Notes: generated by a model from the letters alone, not told the origin. A stretch of 64,000 nt of DNA from Hyphomicrobiales bacterium (GCA_031417515.1 JANOVS010000214.1:13871-77870), one strand, 5' to 3'. Positions 37,021 through 46,470 are shown, numbered from the stretch's first letter. A program made the numbers and translations.

Positions 37021-38253
37021 TTATCCTTTGAGCAGGGCTTTGAGTTGAACAGTGGTATCGGCGAGAAGTTCGGGGGCAGGGCTGATGCCCTTGGCAATCA
37101 TCATCTCCGCCAGTTTCACGTCACGGGCAAAGACATTGCCAACACCAATGCCACTGGCTCCAATAAGGCGGCCAGTTTCGGTGAGATGAAACATCACCAA
37201 CGCACCATCGGCACCGTGGCGTGAAACGGTTACAGGCCCCATGTCTGGCATTCCCGCCACTTGCAGGGAGAGATCATATTGGTCCGACCAGAACCACGGC
37301 ATGTTGATATGGGCCTTGCTGCCACCCAGCATGTTTTCAGCAGCCGTTGCCGCCTGCTCCTGGGCGCTGCGCCACGCTTCGAGCCGGATCCGACGATTGC
37401 CAAAGCTGTGATGAATGAATGAGGCGCAATCACCGGCAGCGTAAATATCGGGATCGTTGGATTGCATTTCAGCCGAACAGGCAATGCCGTTGTCGATGGC
37501 AAGTCCTGCGGCTTCGGCCAGTTTGATTTCTGGTGAAGCGCCGATGCCCGCAATGATCGTGTCGGCTTCAACCACGCGGCCATTATTCAAATGCACCCCG
37601 GCTGTGCTGAGACTTGCAACACCGGTGCCGATGATCATCTCAACGCCAGCAGCAACATGTCGATCATGCACGATTTGCGCGATGGCCTCTGGCACGCCGC
37701 GCATCAGAATGCGGGGTTGTGCTTCAACCAGGAAGACCATGCAGCCGCGCTTGGCTGCCGACGAGGCGAGTTCAAGACCGATAAATCCACCGCCGATGAT
37801 GGCGATTCGTTTTCCAGGTTGGAATTTTCCCCGCAAGACTTCTGCGTCTTTGAAATCCCTGAGGGTGAGGGCCAATTCACCACCGGGGCATGATAGGCGG
37901 CGCGGCTTGGCGCCCGTGGCTAGCAAGAGTTTGTGATAGGGCAATACCTGGCCGTTGCTGAGCGCAACAGATTTCGCGGTGCGGTCAATTGATGTGACTG
38001 CCGAGCCGAGGATAGGCGTTACTTTCAGCGACGCAATAATACTGTCGTCAAGCAGCCAAACCGGCTGTGGCTCTGCTTCTTCCGTGATGGATGACTTTGA
38101 AAGTGGCGGCCGATCATAGGGCAGCAAAGCCTCTTCACTGATCAGCGTGATTGGGCCAGCGTAATCATTGGCGCGCAGGTTGATGCAAGCCCTGGCTCCC
38201 GCCATGCCGCCGCCCACAATGACCATTCCAATTTCGGGCCCAAACTCAGTCAT
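37021..38253 (-). CDS. FAD/NAD(P)-dependent ferredoxin reductase (MocF-like)
   Basis: 410 aa with two Rossmann motifs (MVIVGGGMAGA and IAIIGGGFIGLE) and YAAGDCA. Confidence 0.85.
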   Translation of the reverse strand: MTEFGPEIGMVIVGGGMAGARACINLRANDYAGPITLISEEALLPYDRPPLSKSSITEEAEPQPVWLLDDSIIASLKVTPILGSAVTSIDRTAKSVALSNGQVLPYHKLLLATGAKPRRLSCPGGELALTLRDFKDAEVLRGKFQPGKRIAIIGGGFIGLELASSAAKRGCMVFLVEAQPRILMRGVPEAIAQIVHDRHVAAGVEMIIGTGVASLSTAGVHLNNGRVVEADTIIAGIGASPEIKLAEAAGLAIDNGIACSAEMQSNDPDIYAAGDCASFIHHSFGNRRIRLEAWRSAQEQAATAAENMLGGSKAHINMPWFWSDQYDLSLQVAGMPDMGPVTVSRHGADGALVMFHLTETGRLIGASGIGVGNVFARDVKLAEMMIAKGISPAPELLADTTVQLKALLKG

Positions 38254-38254
38254 T

Positions 38255-38569
38255 TTAGCTAATGTCGATCAGGATTTTGCCATTCTCAATCTTCACGGGG
38301 TAGACGCGCAAGTTGATGCAGGCGGGCGCACCCTTGGCAGCTCCCGTGGTGTAGTCGAAACGTCCATTGTGCTTGGGGCACTCAATGGTGTGGTCCATCA
38401 CCAGGCCATCGGCCAAATGAATTTTCTCGTGGGTACAAAGGCCATCGGTGGCGTAGTATTTGTCATCCGGTGAGCGATAGATGGCGTAGGTTTTTCCGGC
38501 GTGGTCAAAGCGCGCCACATCTTCATTGTCCACGTCATCAGCGTTGAGGGTTTCAATCCATTGGGTCAT
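38255..38569 (-). CDS. Rieske [2Fe-2S] ferredoxin (MocE-like)
   Basis: 104 aa from the ATG at 38569. The Rieske motif is CTHEKIHL...CPKHNGRF. Confidence 0.85.
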   Translation of the reverse strand: MTQWIETLNADDVDNEDVARFDHAGKTYAIYRSPDDKYYATDGLCTHEKIHLADGLVMDHTIECPKHNGRFDYTTGAAKGAPACINLRVYPVKIENGKILIDIS

Positions 38570-38579
38570 GTTAAATCCT

Positions 38580-39695
38580 TTATTCGGCTGCCTTGGCCAT
38601 GCCTTGGCCATGCAGGTCGGGTCGGTAGGGTTTGGCAGACTTCGGCAATTCGCGCAGCAGAAAATAATCTTCGCCGCCCATCTGCCGCCTCCATGCCGGA
38701 ATCATTTCCATGTAGCACGCCCACATGGAAGGCGTTGGCGCGGGCAGATCATGCTTGAGCAGTTCATGCAAGCGGGGCAGGGCATGATAAGGGACCATGG
38801 GAAACATGTGGTGCTCCACATGATAGTTCATGTTCCAATAGATGAAACGCGAAATTGGATTGATAAAAACAGTCCGCGAATTCAACCGGTGATCAAGCAC
38901 ATTGTCGGCAAGCCCCCCGTGTTGCATCAACCCGGTCAACACATGGTGCCAGGCACCATAAAGCCGCGGCAGACCAATCAGCAAAAATGGCAAGATCGAG
39001 TTTGTATAGTATGCAACTGCAACGGTCGCCGCATAAACGACAACCCAAACCCGAGCCACCAGAATGACCTTGTGCCATTCCATCTCAGGGATAAAGGTTT
39101 TTTCATCGGCGGAGATTTTACCACTGGCATTGATGACCATCATCTTCATGGCCTCCCAGGCATCCAACACACCCACATAGGCCAACAAAACCTTGATCAA
39201 GACAGGAGGGCGCATGACAGCGATTTCCGGATCAAGCCCGACGATGACTGTATCCGTGTGATGGCGCGTGTGGCTCCAGCGCCAGCGGGTGGGATTGCGC
39301 ATGATCATGAAGCAGGCGATGTGATAAACCCAATCATTCATCCAGGCTGTTTTGAACGCTGTGCCATGGCCGCATTCATGCCAGCGTGAATCGGTGGCTG
39401 AGCCATAAAGCACCCCATAAGCCAACAGGGGCAGGGCAGCCCACCAGCTCGGCCAAAGATAAATAGCGAGACCCGCAAACACCATCATCGCCCCAAGCCA
39501 AATCACCGTATCGCGAATGGCCGGACCATCTGATCGCTTCATCAGCACTTTCAGTTCTTTGCGCGGAATCTCGGTGTGATACCATGCAGCGGATTTCAAC
39601 CCGTCCATCACGGCCTTGTCGGCCTCTGCACCAATCAGGCCATAGTCACGATGTCCATAGTTGGCTGTGGGCGAAACCGCAGTCATGACGCGCAT
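38580..39695 (-). CDS. membrane di-iron oxygenase of the fatty-acid-desaturase/hydrocarbon-oxygenase family (MocD-like)
   Basis: 371 aa with three His boxes (HECGHG, WSHTRHH, HVEHHMFP) and TM segments. Confidence 0.85.
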   Translation of the reverse strand: MRVMTAVSPTANYGHRDYGLIGAEADKAVMDGLKSAAWYHTEIPRKELKVLMKRSDGPAIRDTVIWLGAMMVFAGLAIYLWPSWWAALPLLAYGVLYGSATDSRWHECGHGTAFKTAWMNDWVYHIACFMIMRNPTRWRWSHTRHHTDTVIVGLDPEIAVMRPPVLIKVLLAYVGVLDAWEAMKMMVINASGKISADEKTFIPEMEWHKVILVARVWVVVYAATVAVAYYTNSILPFLLIGLPRLYGAWHHVLTGLMQHGGLADNVLDHRLNSRTVFINPISRFIYWNMNYHVEHHMFPMVPYHALPRLHELLKHDLPAPTPSMWACYMEMIPAWRRQMGGEDYFLLRELPKSAKPYRPDLHGQGMAKAAE

Positions 39696-39743
39696 CCTTG
39701 TTTGATGACAGGCTTTTAGAATGCTTGTGTCTTTGGGGCAATG

Positions 39744-39775
39744 TTGATATGATGGTTTTTATCATCTCATATCAA
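39744..39775. promoter_or_regulatory. inverted repeat TTGATATGA-N14-TCATATCAA, candidate operator
   Basis: 9-bp perfect arms sit in the AT-rich divergent region between the oxygenase operon and the LacI-family gene. Confidence 0.3.
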
Positions 39776-39809
39776 ATCTTATCATTTTTGGCAGACCAAT
39801 CAAAGACAC

Positions 39810-40832
39810 ATGGTGAAACGTCCGACATTGACTGACCTTGCCGCTGCCGCGGGCGTCAGTATTGCGACGGTGGACAGGGTTATTAACCGGAGACTTCCCG
39901 TTACTGATGATACGGCGCAACGCGTCGTCAAAGCCGCCGAGTCAATTGGCTACCACGCGACGAGTCTGCTGAAGCGTCGAATAGCCGAAACACCAGTTCG
40001 CCGTTTTGGATTTTTGCTGCAAAAGAAATATGCATTTTATGAGAATTTTGGCCAGGAACTTTTGGCTGCCACAAAATTGGCCCGCGACATTGAAGGCAAG
40101 CCGCTGCTGGAGTTCATGGAGGACCTAGACCCCGGTTTTATCGCAGCCCGCATTGAAGCAGTTGCCGCCAAGGTTGATGCTCTGGCCATGGTTGCCATGG
40201 ATCATCCCCAGGTCATTCAGGCCGTTGAGAAAGTCTCAGCCCAAGGCAAACCCGTCTTCACCTTGTTGAGTCCACTCAGCACCGAAGCCATATCAGGCCA
40301 TCTCGGACTGGATTCGCGCAAATGCGGGCGCATTGCAGGTTGGGCCATTAGCCGCATCGTCAAATCGCCGGGCAAGATCGGCATACTCGTCGGCAGCCAT
40401 CGCTATCTCAACCACGAAATCTCAGAAATCAGTTTCCGCGCCTACATGCGTGAACATGCCCCGCAACATCAACTGATGGAACCCATCGTCAATCTGGATG
40501 ATGAGCGCATCGCCTATGAAGCCGTTTCCAGCATGTTGAAAACCTACCCCGACCTTCGCGCCATCTACGTGGCAGGCGGCGGACAAGACGGACTGATCAA
40601 GGCATTGCGCGAGATTGCAGGCCGGGAGCGGCCGGTGGCCGTGTGCAATGAAGTTACACCCACCACCCGTGCCGCCTTGCTGGATGGCATCATAGACCTG
40701 ACATTGGCCACACCCATTGCTTCTCTCGCAACGCGCACGGTCAACAACATGATGGCGGCCTGCGACGAACGGCGCATTTCACCCCAGCAATGTTTTGTAC
40801 CGCCCGAGATTGTGGTGAGCGAAAATCTTTAA
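39810..40832 (+). CDS. LacI-family transcriptional regulator
   Basis: The N-terminal HTH is PTLTDLAAAAGVSIATVDRVIN, followed by a periplasmic-binding-protein-like sugar-binding fold. Confidence 0.9.
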   Translation: MVKRPTLTDLAAAAGVSIATVDRVINRRLPVTDDTAQRVVKAAESIGYHATSLLKRRIAETPVRRFGFLLQKKYAFYENFGQELLAATKLARDIEGKPLLEFMEDLDPGFIAARIEAVAAKVDALAMVAMDHPQVIQAVEKVSAQGKPVFTLLSPLSTEAISGHLGLDSRKCGRIAGWAISRIVKSPGKIGILVGSHRYLNHEISEISFRAYMREHAPQHQLMEPIVNLDDERIAYEAVSSMLKTYPDLRAIYVAGGGQDGLIKALREIAGRERPVAVCNEVTPTTRAALLDGIIDLTLATPIASLATRTVNNMMAACDERRISPQQCFVPPEIVVSENL

Positions 40833-40840
40833 GGCAGCAT

Positions 40841-41557
40841 TCAAATCAAGAACGATGGTGAAGCTGCATTCGTTACAACAATCTCACCACATGTTGCACC
40901 CCACGCCGTGAACCTATCGCGCAGCATGACCAGGGATTGCCGACAAGGCTCGACGTGGACGGGGAGTGCAGCTTCAGAAAAAAACAGGGCGCTGTCTGAT
41001 TCTTCAGTGAGACACGTCAACTTGCTGTCACGGCTGTTGAAGCCCCAGCACAACACATCATCCTGAGACGCATAAACAACAAGTGACGGATTGAGCGGAA
41101 ATGCAGCGGCATCACCGCCAAGGGGATCAAACTTGTCAGTCGACACCTCAGCTTTGCGCAACTGGATTTGGTGATGCGCCCCAAGCCTGTCAACATCATA
41201 GGCCCCCATCGGTGCCTTTGCCATGATGGAACAGGCATTGTAGAGATTGACGGCGGGAACCGGGATGGCAAGCTCGCCTTTCTTGGCGGCACGGCGCAGC
41301 AGGGCCTCAATGCTGGAGCGAAACTTGGAGGGCTTCACACCCATCAGGCCATAGGCCTCGCGCCACCCTGCAATCTGCGGCTCTTCAACCACGCGCTCGG
41401 GATCAAGAGTGCAAGCTGCCACTGCTTGTGCAAGCAACACATCAGCCTTGCCGTCACCCAATGCAGTTCTCATGTTTGTAACACGCAAACCAAATACAGT
41501 CAGGGCCGGATATGTATCAAACAAATCACGGGCACATGAAAATGTGAAATCGGTCAT
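40841..41557 (-). CDS. stand-alone B3/B4 (PheT-like tRNA-binding/editing fold) domain protein
   Basis: 238 aa from the ATG at 41557. The pattern ...IAGWREAYGLMGVKPSKFRSSIEALLRRAAKKGELAIPVPAVNLYNACSIMAKAPMGAYDVDRL is typical of B3_4 domain proteins. Confidence 0.65.
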   Translation of the reverse strand: MTDFTFSCARDLFDTYPALTVFGLRVTNMRTALGDGKADVLLAQAVAACTLDPERVVEEPQIAGWREAYGLMGVKPSKFRSSIEALLRRAAKKGELAIPVPAVNLYNACSIMAKAPMGAYDVDRLGAHHQIQLRKAEVSTDKFDPLGGDAAAFPLNPSLVVYASQDDVLCWGFNSRDSKLTCLTEESDSALFFSEAALPVHVEPCRQSLVMLRDRFTAWGATCGEIVVTNAASPSFLI

Positions 41558-41632
41558 TATCAAATTCCAAAAAGCAAAAGGCCCGTCAGCGCGACGGGCC
41601 TTTGATGTCATGTCGCCAGGGGCGTCCTACCA

Positions 41633-42661
41633 TCACAGCGGCACGTGTTGCAATGTTTTGGTGCGAATCGGGCCTGCCTTGTATTTCTCGTCATGCACCA
41701 TCAACAACTTGTGCACCCGGTGATGATGCCGCGCCGAAATGTTGGGAAACATGTGGTGGACCTGATGGTAGCCGTCATTCCACGGATGCCAGAGAAGATG
41801 GTGGATCAGTCCGTCATTGGTGTAGGTCGATTCAAATTCCGTTTCGCCGCGTTCATAGTCATGCTCTTCAGCTTCGGCTATCGAACGCAAAACCGGCAGG
41901 CTGACAAGCATGGGAACCAGCCAGAACAAAACCCACATCAAAAATGCCCGCTCAACGTTAAAGATCAATGACAGGGGAAGGACAAACACAACCAGGTGCC
42001 ACAAGGCCCAAGACCCAAGCATGCTCAAAGATTTGCTGCCGATCTCTGTATAATACACCATGTTGTATTGTGGCAGCCAACGCAACACGGCCCGCATGAT
42101 GGCCCATTTGGTTGACAGATCCACTTCCCCCAGACCCATAGATGCAAAGCGCCGCTTGCAAGGATCTTGTTCGCCGGCATAGGTGCCATGATGGATGAAA
42201 TGGCCTTTGCGATAGGTTTCAACTGTTCCCATTGTCGGGTAAGAAACAAAGCAATTGGCAATCCGGTCATTGATGTGTTTTTGTTCTTTTTGCCAGCACC
42301 AATGGGAAGCATCATGGACCATCAGTTCGAGCCCCCTGATCTGCCGCGCAATCAACAGAAGTGACACGGCATAGCAAACCGCTCCCGCCAAAACATTCAT
42401 GCGCCATACTGATATGCACAGAACCGCGACGGCTACAATAGATGCAAAATAAAGTACGCAATCCAAAAGACTGCCCCACAGCGAGGTCTCTTCAAAGGCT
42501 TTCAAGCGGGATTGCACGGGTTCTGGGAGGTGATTTGTGGAATAGCCTCGGCTCATGCCGCGTCGGCGAACTGGCTTGGCTTTGCCAACATGCACTTCTG
42601 CGGAAGCATTGGTTCCGTCCCCAAGCGGAAATTCCCGCACCCAACCATCGTTCATACGCAT
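41633..42661 (-). CDS. second fatty-acid-desaturase-family membrane oxygenase
   Basis: 342 aa with His boxes HDASH, HFIHH and HQVHHMFP. Confidence 0.8.
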   Translation of the reverse strand: MRMNDGWVREFPLGDGTNASAEVHVGKAKPVRRRGMSRGYSTNHLPEPVQSRLKAFEETSLWGSLLDCVLYFASIVAVAVLCISVWRMNVLAGAVCYAVSLLLIARQIRGLELMVHDASHWCWQKEQKHINDRIANCFVSYPTMGTVETYRKGHFIHHGTYAGEQDPCKRRFASMGLGEVDLSTKWAIMRAVLRWLPQYNMVYYTEIGSKSLSMLGSWALWHLVVFVLPLSLIFNVERAFLMWVLFWLVPMLVSLPVLRSIAEAEEHDYERGETEFESTYTNDGLIHHLLWHPWNDGYHQVHHMFPNISARHHHRVHKLLMVHDEKYKAGPIRTKTLQHVPL

Positions 42662-42963
42662 CTCCCCTGGAGAAAAACCCCAAAATCAAAGATACGCAGC
42701 CCGTGCCACACCACACGGCGAACGACAAAGTCATCCAAAGTTTGCGTCGACCGGGCCCCCGGTATCCGCATCAATCAACGCACCTTTTTGGGCAGGTAGC
42801 TCCAACTCACCTGCTTGAAATTAAGATTAAATTAACCAACCCAACTGTCAAGAAAATGCAGGCTTGCAGTGAAATAAACTTGGTAAATTGGTTAATCCAG
42901 CCAAGATTGTTGCAACCTGAAAGCGACGTCAATTGAAATGCACGCGAGATCGAAGCCAAACCT

Positions 42964-44205
42964 ATGAGCATTGAACCAAAAACAGAATCAAGCATTATCA
43001 AGAGCTGTTTCAAAAGCAGTGACTTGGCCCAATCAGCGCAGCTGCAACTTACGACACCGCTCTATACTTCCCATCCAGTTTCGTCGTTGGGCCAAAATAT
43101 TCTGGCGGTTCACAACCGAATAGGCGGAATGTTGACGGTCATAGCTGAGCAAGCAGAAGTTCCAGTTGCATCGGTATTGGCAATCTGGCTGGTCGAAAGC
43201 GGGCCCTATGGCTTTCAGGAAAAGCGCCCGTTGTTGCGCTTTGAAGTTCATAAATTCTGGCAGCATTGGGGCAGTGCCAACAGCGGGGTGTTTGAAAGAC
43301 ATTTTCAGTTCGGCGGCAATGGCGGAATTTCGGGAAGCAGCTGGAGCAATCATAAATTTCTCGATCCGTTAACATCAGAATGGCGATCCTTCCATGGCGA
43401 TCAAGTGAAGGAATACCAGGCATTTGAATTGGCCAGCGCATTGGCTGACCGTGAATTGGCTTGCCTCTCATGCAGTTTCGGCGGTCCACAAATCCTCGGT
43501 TCCAACCATGGCAAACTGGGCTATGAAACTGCCCGTGAAATGTTTACGGCATTCGCTCAATCAGAGCGCTGGCATGTCTGCGGTTTCTTTGACTTTTGCC
43601 AAAGCCACGGTCTGCTCGAAACCTTGCGGAACGGTGACTGGCACCAGTTTGCCAGAATATACAACGGACCCGGGCAAGCCGAAACCTACGCCGAACGGAT
43701 CAACACGGCCTATCAAGCAAGCGCAGCACTGCTGAAGGGACTGCCTGAACCAATTGAAGATTTTGATTTCGCAGCCTTCACATCATTTTTCCAGACACTC
43801 GGCGTGAAGAATTTCAGGCCTCACGAATTTCTGTTCAGGGGAAGCGCGCATAGCACAATGACCCATATCGCCTATGGTTTGAACTCCCTGCCACCCCCAG
43901 AATTCTGGCCCAACATAGCGGCATTGGCGCAGCTCCTTGATCAGGTGAGGCACAGGACCAATGCGCCCATCATACTCACCAGTATCTATCGCAATGCCGC
44001 TTACAACACTGCCATAGGCGGCACACCCGCAAGTACACACATGCGGTTTGCAGCCGTCGACTTCCAAATCAAAAACGGTTCAACCCCGCCACAATGGTGT
44101 GCCATGTTGCGTGAATTGCGCCGGGAGGGCTTGTTTACGGGCTGTATCGGACCACACGAAGATGCTGTTCATCTCGATTTGCGGCCGGAAAACGTGGATT
44201 TCTGA
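42964..44205 (+). CDS. two-domain cell-wall hydrolase: N-acetylmuramidase (PF11860-like) + peptidase M15 (zinc D-Ala-D-Ala carboxypeptidase-like)
   Basis: The muramidase part has RFEVHKFW, CSFGGPQILGSNH and GDWHQFARIYNGPGQAETYAERI. The M15 part has SIYRNAAYN...STHMRFAAVDF...AVHLD (H-x6-D...H). No signal peptide is present. Confidence 0.8.
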   Translation: MSIEPKTESSIIKSCFKSSDLAQSAQLQLTTPLYTSHPVSSLGQNILAVHNRIGGMLTVIAEQAEVPVASVLAIWLVESGPYGFQEKRPLLRFEVHKFWQHWGSANSGVFERHFQFGGNGGISGSSWSNHKFLDPLTSEWRSFHGDQVKEYQAFELASALADRELACLSCSFGGPQILGSNHGKLGYETAREMFTAFAQSERWHVCGFFDFCQSHGLLETLRNGDWHQFARIYNGPGQAETYAERINTAYQASAALLKGLPEPIEDFDFAAFTSFFQTLGVKNFRPHEFLFRGSAHSTMTHIAYGLNSLPPPEFWPNIAALAQLLDQVRHRTNAPIILTSIYRNAAYNTAIGGTPASTHMRFAAVDFQIKNGSTPPQWCAMLRELRREGLFTGCIGPHEDAVHLDLRPENVDF

Positions 44206-44215
44206 ATGATACATT

Positions 44216-45184
44216 TCAACTCAGATATTTTACATCGACCAAAAATCGATTGGCCTTCTCGGTCATTCCGGGTTCTTCAAATCGGTCATTCACCCATCCC
44301 AGGTAAGTCAGGCTGCGCAACAGCATCATCAAAGGCAATGCATCCAAATCAACAGTCTTCAATGGCTTGTATTTCAAATACCCCTGCAAAAGTGCATCAC
44401 GCAGTGAGCCATAGTCCGGTTCATGAATGTTCTTGATCAAGGCTGTCGCCACATCAAACATGCGGTAGCCAAAACCGGAATCATCAAAGTCGATAAAATG
44501 CACATCTGAACCATCGACGAGAATATTTTCGCGGGCAAGATCAGCATGGATCAATCCCATGTCGGCGCCTTGCCGCTCGTAGATATCCAAACCCAGTGAA
44601 CAATCACTGCGCAATTTGCAAAGCCATTCAAGGTCTGTCATCGAAAGATTTGCGCATTCCCAAAACCGTCCCCAAAAAGGCTGCGGCCCCACCAGCCCAT
44701 TTCGATCCCAAGAAGGGCGCTGAAACTGCCTGGATGGTTGCCAGCTATCGGTGAGCAAGTGAAGTTGCGCCAGCTTCGCCCCGATCTCTCGCATCAAATC
44801 CAATCGCTGGCGGCCTTTGTGCTGCAACGGCTTGTGAGAAGCGCCAAAGGGCAGGCCCGGTAACCAACTCAGCAAACTGAAAAGGCGATCCGCGCCAGCT
44901 GCATTTTTCTGCCGGTATACAAGACCACCGGAACGCGTGACCGCTGGTTGGGGGGCTACAAATCCCTTGCCTGACAACATGGCCATCCATTCCAGTTCCG
45001 AACGGATCACGGCCTCGCTGTGGTAACCCGCCCGATGCAGACGCAACGCATGGGGGCCGTCTACCGTATCAACTTTGAAAACAATATTCTCCCGCTGCAT
45101 GACCAACACGGGAGAACCCGTGATGATCGGCCAATGTTGGGCAGCACTAAATGCAAGATCAAGAGCTACGGCTGGATCCATCAA
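44216..45184 (-). CDS. APH/homoserine-kinase-II-type phosphotransferase (hydroxylysine-kinase-like)
   Basis: The Brenner motif is LIHADLARENILV, followed by FIDFDDSGFGYRMFDVA. Its start overlaps the stop of the upstream aminotransferase gene. Confidence 0.8.
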   Translation of the reverse strand: MMDPAVALDLAFSAAQHWPIITGSPVLVMQRENIVFKVDTVDGPHALRLHRAGYHSEAVIRSELEWMAMLSGKGFVAPQPAVTRSGGLVYRQKNAAGADRLFSLLSWLPGLPFGASHKPLQHKGRQRLDLMREIGAKLAQLHLLTDSWQPSRQFQRPSWDRNGLVGPQPFWGRFWECANLSMTDLEWLCKLRSDCSLGLDIYERQGADMGLIHADLARENILVDGSDVHFIDFDDSGFGYRMFDVATALIKNIHEPDYGSLRDALLQGYLKYKPLKTVDLDALPLMMLLRSLTYLGWVNDRFEEPGMTEKANRFLVDVKYLS

Positions 45185-46470
45185 ACTGCCGCGAACACAT
45201 CATCGAGAGTAGACATCAGGATATCAGCTTCTGCGACGCCAAACTGCAGGGGCGGCCGGATTTTCAAAACACTGTAATCATGACCATTGCTGCCCATCAA
45301 CACACCCCGCTGCCGCATCTCATTGACGATTTTGTCGGTGGCTTGTCGCGCTGATGCTTTGGTCTTGCGATCACTCACAAGTTCAACACCAATAGCCAAA
45401 CCAGATCCACGCACGTCGCCAATCAGATCATGCTTGTGGGAAAGTCTCCGTAGCCCATTCAATATATGTATTCCAGTCGCCGCTGCTTTTGATTGCAAAT
45501 TCTCCTGTTCCAAAACATCCAGCACTGCGCTGGCCGCCGCACAGGAAACCGGATTGCCGCCAAACGTGTTGAAATATTTGAAGGCGTGGCGAAATTCCGA
45601 CATCAATTCGAATGACGTGGCCACTGCCGCAACCGGATGCCCATTGCCCATGGGTTTTCCCATGGTCACGATATCGGGCTTCAGCCCAATGCGCTCATAT
45701 CCCCAGAAATGACTGCCGGTGCGCCCGAATCCGGGCTGCACTTCATCGGCAATAATGACGCCACCATATCGTCGTACGATGGCAGCGGCCCGATCAAGAA
45801 ATCCGAACGGCAAATCCGGAAAACCTTCATTCACAAAAAACGGACAGAGGATCATGCCTGATACGCCATGCCCAGCTTCGACCAAAGACAAGCAGGCATT
45901 TTCAACTTCATTGGCAAATGCCATCGCAAAATCTTCGCCTTTCGCCTCACCGAAGGGACGATAGGAATCCGGTGCCGGCACATGGCGCACATGGGATGAA
46001 AATCCACCCAGCGGTGGCGACGTGGTTGAGAGCTGCGAAACAGAAGAAGTATTGCCATGGTAGGTGTGATTGGTGGCAATGATCCCGGTTTTTCCGGTCG
46101 TGGCTTGTGCCATGCGAAGGGCAATGTCATTGGCCTCGCTGCCAGTGCACACCATGATGGCCGTTGTAATGCCATCGTGCAGCTTGGCTGTCAGGCGTTC
46201 CACATAGTCCAGGATGCCTTCGTGCAGGTAGCGCGTGTGCGTGTTGAGTTGCCCGGCCTGTTTGCAAATCGCCTCGACAACATGGGGGTGGCAGTGGCCG
46301 ACATGCGGCACATTGTTATAGCAATCGAGAAATTTTCGTCCACTGGCATCGTAAACCCAGGTGCCTTCGCCCCTGACAAGGTGCAGGGGGGCATCATAAA
46401 ACAGTCGCACATTCGGGCCCAGTAGTTTGGCGCGGCGATCAAGCAGTTTTTGGTTTTGTGAGGTGATCAA
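45181..46470 (-). CDS. class-III PLP enzyme of the AGXT2L/phospho-lyase type
   Basis: 429 aa. The N-terminus has ...FLDCYNNVPHVGHCHPHVVEAICKQAGQLNTHTRYLH, as in ethanolamine-phosphate / 5-phosphohydroxylysine phospho-lyases. DEVQPGFGRTG and TMGKPMGNGHP (PLP Lys) are also present. Confidence 0.8.
   Translation of the reverse strand: MITSQNQKLLDRRAKLLGPNVRLFYDAPLHLVRGEGTWVYDASGRKFLDCYNNVPHVGHCHPHVVEAICKQAGQLNTHTRYLHEGILDYVERLTAKLHDGITTAIMVCTGSEANDIALRMAQATTGKTGIIATNHTYHGNTSSVSQLSTTSPPLGGFSSHVRHVPAPDSYRPFGEAKGEDFAMAFANEVENACLSLVEAGHGVSGMILCPFFVNEGFPDLPFGFLDRAAAIVRRYGGVIIADEVQPGFGRTGSHFWGYERIGLKPDIVTMGKPMGNGHPVAAVATSFELMSEFRHAFKYFNTFGGNPVSCAAASAVLDVLEQENLQSKAAATGIHILNGLRRLSHKHDLIGDVRGSGLAIGVELVSDRKTKASARQATDKIVNEMRQRGVLMGSNGHDYSVLKIRPPLQFGVAEADILMSTLDDVFAAV

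Noticed and set aside
35974-37224. 416-aa ORF on the plus strand
   Set aside because: It lies antisense to the IolG-like and PanB-like genes, which have clear family motifs. It also reads straight through the palindromic repeat (PLWGGQGWGSGG...). It is a typical shadow ORF in GC-rich DNA.
39744-39775. Possible FNR/FixK box because of the TTGAT...ATCAA ends
   Set aside because: The half-sites are 14 nt apart instead of 4. It is kept only as a generic operator-like inverted repeat.
42807-43013. 68-aa two-TM ORF on the minus strand that looked holin-like next to the muramidase gene
   Set aside because: It overlaps the muramidase start in antisense, has no RBS, and lies in AT-rich DNA where hydrophobic shadow ORFs arise easily. 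It would only be worth revisiting if transcript data show it.
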